A stretch of 62,197 nt of DNA from an uncultured Bdellovibrionales bacterium (GTDB lineage Bacteria > Bdellovibrionota_C > UBA2361 > CAZKXU01), in NCBI GenBank assembly GCA_964556665.1, contig CAZKXU010000004.1:1-62197 (forward strand), given 5' to 3'. The position numbers and the translations under genes are program-made. Positions 56,894 to 62,197 of this stretch are shown here, piece by piece (positions within the stretch are counted from its first letter, which is position 1; the number at the start of each line of letters is the position of its first letter). The notes under the pieces are model-generated. The model worked only from the letters and a program-made list of their open reading frames with translations, made no database searches and was not told the origin of the DNA.

Positions 56894-57700
56894 TTATCCT
56901 CGCAACACCTTCGCCAACTCCACAAACTCCGCTATCGATAATGTTTCAGCTCTGCGGCCTCCATCTATTCCTACCGCGGCAAGAGCAGCTGGGAGCTTCT
57001 CTACCGGGAAGAGTGCGGTTCCTTTAAGACTATTTAGCAATTTGCGGCGGCGCTGCGAGAAGGCAGCTTTTACCACCATCTGGAAATGAAGCATATCATC
57101 AATTTTAAAGCGTGGTTCCTTAAGAAATGTTAACTCCAATAAGCGTGACTGGACTTTTGTCGGCGGATGAAACATCGTCCCTGGAAAAATCGGTCCAAGC
57201 CTCATATCAGCCCAAAGCTGCGCCGAGATTGAGAGCACTCCGTAATCTCTCCCGCCCGGAGGGGCTGCCACACGCTCTGCAAACTCACGCTGCAGCAAAA
57301 TTACGGCTCTCGTAATGGATGCTGCGTTTGCAATCAGATGAAATACAATATCTGTAGAGAATGAATACGGCAGATTACCAAAAACTGTAAGATTCTCCCC
57401 TATCTCCGAAAAATCCACGGCGCGCACATCACCTTCTAAAATATCTATATTAGGAAAGCGCAAATGAAGCGCATCGGCTAATTTCTCATCTATCTCAATG
57501 ACTGTAAGCTTTGGAAATACTGAAAGCCTCTCTGTTAAGGCTCCTAGTCCAGGACCTATCTCGACAAGTGTATCGGAGGACTGCGGTTTGCCGAATTCAA
57601 TAATCTCATCGATCAATCGATTGTCGATTGTGAAATTCTGTCCAAGACCTTTACTAGGTCGAACACCGAGATGGGCCAGTATATCTTTTGAGCGTGCCAT
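56894..57700 (-). CDS. rsmA: 16S rRNA m6,2A dimethyltransferase
   Basis: GQNF, EIGPGLG, EIDE, GNLPY, AFSQRRRKL. Confidence 0.94.
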   Translation of the reverse strand: MARSKDILAHLGVRPSKGLGQNFTIDNRLIDEIIEFGKPQSSDTLVEIGPGLGALTERLSVFPKLTVIEIDEKLADALHLRFPNIDILEGDVRAVDFSEIGENLTVFGNLPYSFSTDIVFHLIANAASITRAVILLQREFAERVAAPPGGRDYGVLSISAQLWADMRLGPIFPGTMFHPPTKVQSRLLELTFLKEPRFKIDDMLHFQMVVKAAFSQRRRKLLNSLKGTALFPVEKLPAALAAVGIDGGRRAETLSIAEFVELAKVLRG

Positions 57701-57732
57701 ATTTATATCACGTAAAGATTAGAGTAGCGGCA

Positions 57733-58743
57733 TTACCTCTCAAGCGGCCAGCGTGCACGCGCAATTAAATCTCCGTCACCGCGCTCACCTGCTTGCCATC
57801 TTAGCGCTGCTGCATATCCTATCATTGCAGCATTATCCACACAGTGCGCCATCGTGGGGAAAAACACAGCTGCCCCTGGAAGCGCCTTTAACCTGGCACG
57901 TAAAGAGAGATTCGCTGAGACTCCTCCACTGACCGCAACCTTTTTTACGCCGGTGCTAGCAATAGCTTTTGACAACTTAAACTGAAGAGCGTCCACAATC
58001 GCCTCCTGCACGGCGTATGCTATCTCACCTCTAAGTGACGGATTTGCTGATATCTCCCCTTTGTTTTTAGAGATTAGAAGCGCTATCGCTGTTTTTAATC
58101 CGGAGAAGCTAAATCCATCTGAATCCCGCATTACTTTAGGGAGAGAAAATCTGCTCTTAGCGGTACTGTCAGCAAGTGCCGCAAGCTTAGCACCGCCTGG
58201 ATAGGTAAAGCCAAGAAGATTTGCAGATTTATCAAAAGCCTCTCCGGCAGCATCATCTTTAGTTCGAGCGATTAATTCATAACTACCGATCTCTTTTACA
58301 AGCTGAATCTCCGTATGTCCGCCCGATACAACTAGCGCCAAAAATGGCGGCTGCAGCTCCTTATTATCCAACATACATGAGAAAATATGCCCTTCGATAT
58401 GGTTTATACCAAGCACCGGGAGATTATAAGCAAGTGCTAATCCTTTTACAAAATTTGTTCCCATTAACAAGCAGCCTTTAAGGCCAGGACCGCAGGTAAC
58501 CGCAAGCGCGGTAAGATCCTTTAACTGTATTTTCCCCTGATTTAATACTGAATCTGTAATCAACGGAAGATTTTTAAGGTGCTCCCGTGCCGCAAGCTCC
58601 GGCACTATACCGCCGTAAGCTTCATGGAGCTTTACCTGTGAGGAGATCTCCTCGGCCAGCACTGTAATCTCCCCCGCTTTAATACTGAGGAGCGCTGCCG
58701 CTGACTCATCACAGCTACTTTCGACCGCTAATAGTGTGACCAT
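57733..58743 (-). CDS. tsaD: tRNA N6-threonylcarbamoyltransferase subunit
   Basis: ESSCDES, PELAAREH, GPGL, HIEGH, SGGHT, DDAAGEAFDK, DNAAMI. Confidence 0.95.
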   Translation of the reverse strand: MVTLLAVESSCDESAAALLSIKAGEITVLAEEISSQVKLHEAYGGIVPELAAREHLKNLPLITDSVLNQGKIQLKDLTALAVTCGPGLKGCLLMGTNFVKGLALAYNLPVLGINHIEGHIFSCMLDNKELQPPFLALVVSGGHTEIQLVKEIGSYELIARTKDDAAGEAFDKSANLLGFTYPGGAKLAALADSTAKSRFSLPKVMRDSDGFSFSGLKTAIALLISKNKGEISANPSLRGEIAYAVQEAIVDALQFKLSKAIASTGVKKVAVSGGVSANLSLRARLKALPGAAVFFPTMAHCVDNAAMIGYAAALRWQAGERGDGDLIARARWPLER

Positions 58744-58772
58744 TTAATTTTTCTTCGGTAAGAATGACACCT

Positions 58773-58807
58773 ACTGGGACCGCGGGCTTCCAGCCCGCCG
58801 TCCCAGT
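58773..58807. repeat. Collapsed REP doublet (single hairpin)
   Basis: ACTGGGACCGCGGGCTTCCAGCCCGC followed directly by CGTCCCAGT. Confidence 0.85.
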
Positions 58808-58850
58808 TAACAGAACTCAGTTTACAGTGTAGTATTAGAGACATTAAGTC

Positions 58851-59711
58851 CTATGGAGTTAGACTCTTAAGATATTTTGCCATCGCAGTGAGATCTCCTT
58901 CTGCAGCTCGCTTATAGAACTCTACCGGACAGAAATGTGGGTCTACTGTAACCTGGTTAGGTGTAACTCCTGTCTTAAGATAGTTAAGAATATCATTCTC
59001 TGTCCAGGATGCGCCGCGAAGATAGTCAGCAAAATTTAGAGCCGGCGCAACCTTCTCTCCGGAATCCCGCCGTATAGCACGTCCTCCGCCTAGATACTTC
59101 TCCGATCCAAAAATGGCTGTGGAGGAGTTGTGGCAGCTGCCGCAACGCGCCACATGATCGACAAGATACTTGCCATGTTCAAGGGTCTCTTTTTCCGATA
59201 CTCTCGCGATAAAGCCGCGCACCTCACGGCGTTTATCAAACAGACCGGTTGTATTTTTAGAGACAAAGCCGACTTCCCTTTTTTCGACAGCATTTGAAAC
59301 CGCAGGTAGGGTACGTAAATATGAAATAATTGAGAGAACATCCTCATCGGCCATCCATTGAAATCCATCATGTGCTTGAGGCGAGATTAGATCATCGTTA
59401 CGATCGATCCCGGCGCGAATCACCCGCACAAGCTCCTTAACAGTATATTCATTTAAACCGCTTCTATCAGGGGTAATATTAGCTGCATGCACTCCACCGA
59501 ACTTATCATAAAAAAGCGCTCCTCCACTAAGCGGTGCATCTGGATAGGCGCTCTCCCCGTGACAGAATCCGCAGGCCGCCATACTTTTGGCAAGATACCG
59601 TCCGCGCGCTACCTGCTCCCCACTAGTTAGATCTAGATTTAGGTCAGTATTCCTTGAGAAACACCCAAGCACTGCCACCACAAGCACCACCATTAATATT
59701 TTTATCTTCAT
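58851..59711 (-). CDS. Diheme cytochrome c lipoprotein
   Basis: Lipobox VLGC; two CxxCH motifs (CGFCH, CGSCH); NITPD. Confidence 0.87.
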   Translation of the reverse strand: MKIKILMVVLVVAVLGCFSRNTDLNLDLTSGEQVARGRYLAKSMAACGFCHGESAYPDAPLSGGALFYDKFGGVHAANITPDRSGLNEYTVKELVRVIRAGIDRNDDLISPQAHDGFQWMADEDVLSIISYLRTLPAVSNAVEKREVGFVSKNTTGLFDKRREVRGFIARVSEKETLEHGKYLVDHVARCGSCHNSSTAIFGSEKYLGGGRAIRRDSGEKVAPALNFADYLRGASWTENDILNYLKTGVTPNQVTVDPHFCPVEFYKRAAEGDLTAMAKYLKSLTP

Positions 59712-59970
59712 AACTGTCTGATATTCCTAAGAATTAATGCATTAGTTATACCGAGTTCTTACATGAATGACAACCGTTCAAAAAATTGAATAGAGGTAGG
59801 TTATGTCATACAATACAAGATCTGTTCTTTTTCATTATTCTTAATACGGGTAGACATTCGACTGCTCCAGTGCTACGCGGGTTCTAGTACAGAATCCGGG
59901 AGGCAACTGGAGAGTCATCTTCATAGGTTTGACTGCTCCGGTTTTGCAAATTCTAAGAAATTCACAACCA

Positions 59971-59996
59971 GAAGCTGCTCCGTATGGAGCAGCTTC
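59971..59996. other. Perfect hairpin at the low-GC/high-GC junction
   Basis: 11-bp stem GAAGCTGCTCC-GTAT-GGAGCAGCTTC. Confidence 0.6.
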
Positions 59997-60016
59997 GCAA
60001 GAAAAAGGAAAAGATC

Positions 60017-62197
60017 GTGAACAAGGGCTACCTGTCATTCCTGCTTGCTCTCGTCACTCTCTTCGTCGCCACGGCTTGCAACCGCGGCGGCGGGGGTGGC
60101 CACAAGCGGGCAGAGCAGAAGTACGACTCGACCGTGGTTTCGTTGAACGCGATCACGATCACGACACCGATCGTGAAGTGGATCAGTGTCGGGTACAACA
60201 ACGGTGATACCGACACAGTTTACGGGTTCAGCGGTCTCGCCTCCACCGAGGAGGTGGGGATGAGATTCGTATTCGAAGACGGCCGGGAATCGTTGGAGTA
60301 CACGCTCCCGGTAGTTAACGGGGGCTGGAACAAGCTCGATGCTCGCTTCCCGGTCGGCATCATGACTGAGGTTCAGGTCTTCAAGACCGATGAGCCGGGC
60401 CTGGTCCTGGATCGGCGATACGTGATCTCCGACAACCGGCTGGCAGGGGACCCGTGGTTCCAGCTCAGCCGGAGCCATGTGGTCGCTGGAGTTGCCACTC
60501 AGATCGTGGCGACCCTGCGCATGCCGCTCGATCCGGATGTTGGTACGGTCGGTATCTCTCTCGAGGAGACGAAGGGTGAGCCGGGCGCGCAAATGAGCGT
60601 CCGCACCACCGACTTCACGAGAGATGCAGGTGATCCAACTGGAGTCACCTACTCTGCACGATTCTTCCTCCTTGAGAGCCCGAATGGAACTTCGGGTGAA
60701 GGAGAGACGGATCCGCAGGTGGTCACATACCGCTTGCGTGTGTTGCTCGACGGGGTGGCGCTCCCGCTACTCCCTCCGGAGTACGTTCGCGTCATCGAGC
60801 CATTCACGAAAGCGTTCGGGAACGACCTCGATCTGCTCATGAGGTCTGCTGTGCAGATCTACGAGAACTCGAACAAGTACGGCGGCTTCGGCCCTCTGCA
60901 TGAGCAGGGGATCTCTGAAGCTGCACAGGAATTGGCCTCGTCAGGCCGCATTGACAAGGTCTACCGCGGCCCAGACGGCAACACCATCTGCTTCCTTGCA
61001 AGCGAGAAGGGAAATCTCGCAAAGGGAGCTCTCTTGCTCTATCCGCGTGCTTCAAAGGGCGGAGGAGCACCTCCAACAAATCTCCTTTCTCCATTCGAAA
61101 ATCCCGGTCTCGGGATCGATACGGAGAAAGTCCGGGCCGAGTTGGACGCTCTTGAAGTTGGATCTTTCTTCAATGAAAACGTCCAGATCTTGACTGGCGA
61201 GGAGGTCACGTTCGGAAGCGTCGGGAACGATGCTCCTTTCGTGTACATCTCTACGCACGGGGAGGTGCTCTCGTTTGGAGACGCGTACGAAACCTCCGTT
61301 GTCGAGACGGGGGAACGCGTCTCCTATGACTACTTCCCATACAACGGGGAGCTCCAGACCGGAGAGGCGATCCTGCTATGCCGGGCCTGGGACCATGAGA
61401 ACTCGGGACCGGTTGTCCGCTACGGCTTCACGGAGAGGTACGCCGTGCGGCAGAACTATTCCGACTCGATCGTATTCGTGGCGAGTTGCCGTTCCGTGGC
61501 AAACGCCAAGCTCCCGCTGGCCTTCTGGCAGGCGGGCGCACGGGCGGTGATCGGATACTTGGACTACGTCGACATCGCGGATGCCAACGTGTACGAGGAG
61601 ACAGTGGTCTCCCAATTGGCGTTCGGATTAAGCGTCGAACAGGCAACTGCTGGCCTTCCCCTCCGCTATCATGGAGACAGGAATGCCACGCTGCCTCTCG
61701 GCGTTGTCGGAGGCGGATTTGAAAGCGCCTCTGAGCGGGGGCGCTGGGGGACGGGCACAGACCTGTCAACTAGCGTGTTCGTCACAAGTGCATTCGGAGG
61801 AGCTCTTCTTCCGGATGGGCCGGGCAACACCTATTTCGCCCTGCTCACTGCGTTGAACGGCGTCCCGCCGATCACTGAGGGTCAGCTCTCCCAAGAGCCC
61901 ATCCAGATCACGGCGGGAGCTAAGCTCGAGTGTCGGGTGGACTTCATCGTCAAGCACCCGAATCCGGATCCGAACGCGCTACTTGAGATCTGGTTCGATG
62001 CCAACAACGGCAACACCTACCTGCTCTACGTGCGGGCGGTGTATCAGATCTCAGGATTCAAGTTCCTCACGAGCGGATTCGATCACACCGGGTGGCAGAC
62101 GCTCGGCCCGTACGACATCGAAATCGGCACACCGCTCCTCGGTCTAACGGGCAAGATCAGGTTCAGGGTCACCTCACCTGACCTTCACGCCGCTGTG
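60017..62197 (+). CDS. Lipoprotein with clan CD (caspase/CHAT/gingipain-like) peptidase domain; partial, runs off the window end
   Basis: Manual translation: GTG 60017 after AAGGA, 727 codons with no stop; MNKGYLSFLLALVTLFVATA-C lipobox; VYISTHG (His414), VFVASCRS (Cys491), LPLAFWQAGARAVIGY. Confidence 0.8.
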   Translation, partial: MNKGYLSFLLALVTLFVATACNRGGGGGHKRAEQKYDSTVVSLNAITITTPIVKWISVGYNNGDTDTVYGFSGLASTEEVGMRFVFEDGRESLEYTLPVVNGGWNKLDARFPVGIMTEVQVFKTDEPGLVLDRRYVISDNRLAGDPWFQLSRSHVVAGVATQIVATLRMPLDPDVGTVGISLEETKGEPGAQMSVRTTDFTRDAGDPTGVTYSARFFLLESPNGTSGEGETDPQVVTYRLRVLLDGVALPLLPPEYVRVIEPFTKAFGNDLDLLMRSAVQIYENSNKYGGFGPLHEQGISEAAQELASSGRIDKVYRGPDGNTICFLASEKGNLAKGALLLYPRASKGGGAPPTNLLSPFENPGLGIDTEKVRAELDALEVGSFFNENVQILTGEEVTFGSVGNDAPFVYISTHGEVLSFGDAYETSVVETGERVSYDYFPYNGELQTGEAILLCRAWDHENSGPVVRYGFTERYAVRQNYSDSIVFVASCRSVANAKLPLAFWQAGARAVIGYLDYVDIADANVYEETVVSQLAFGLSVEQATAGLPLRYHGDRNATLPLGVVGGGFESASERGRWGTGTDLSTSVFVTSAFGGALLPDGPGNTYFALLTALNGVPPITEGQLSQEPIQITAGAKLECRVDFIVKHPNPDPNALLEIWFDANNGNTYLLYVRAVYQISGFKFLTSGFDHTGWQTLGPYDIEIGTPLLGLTGKIRFRVTSPDLHAAV

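Noticed and set aside
59841-61957. Numerous short ORFs on both strands in the high-GC tail
   Set aside because: Shadow frames of the single long + strand gene starting at 60017.

Overview
62 kb from a Gram-negative bacterium (LpxD, MotAB, type IV-like minor pilins). GC is about 40-50% judged from sampled lines; a deltaproteobacteria/Bdellovibrionota-like lineage is only an inference. Most of the window is housekeeping and metabolism: sbcDC, an acyl-CoA cluster, lpxD, cbpA-clpB, acs, nadA, a Bat/vWA operon, lemA-htpX, motAB, ileS, fadJ-like, rsmA, tsaD and trmO. The main observations not explained by the ORF track are: (1) a dense family of intergenic REP doublets (REPIN-like, 9 loci, consensus ACTGGGA[C/G]CGCGGGCTTC[C/T]AGCCCGC) whose spacers suggest they spread as doublets; (2) a RAYT-like HUH/Y1 transposase with its own different imperfect terminal inverted repeats and a 125-bp duplicated 5' end; (3) a multi-hairpin element with 17-bp terminal inverted repeats after acs; (4) a candidate ~105-nt CU-rich small RNA with promoter and terminator upstream of lpxD; (5) a B12 mutase carrying the isobutyryl-CoA mutase F/Q signature; (6) a PTPS-II/folE/SDR cluster resembling a tetrahydrobiopterin pathway; (7) a PilX-like protein with a GKS-repeat/His-Cys mini-domain insertion; and (8) an abrupt switch to ~60% GC at ~60.0 kb carrying a 727-codon open frame missed by the ORF track, encoding a lipoprotein with a caspase/CHAT-like His-Cys dyad. 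No rRNA, tRNA or CRISPR array was recognised. Family assignments come from motif recognition by eye, not from database searches.
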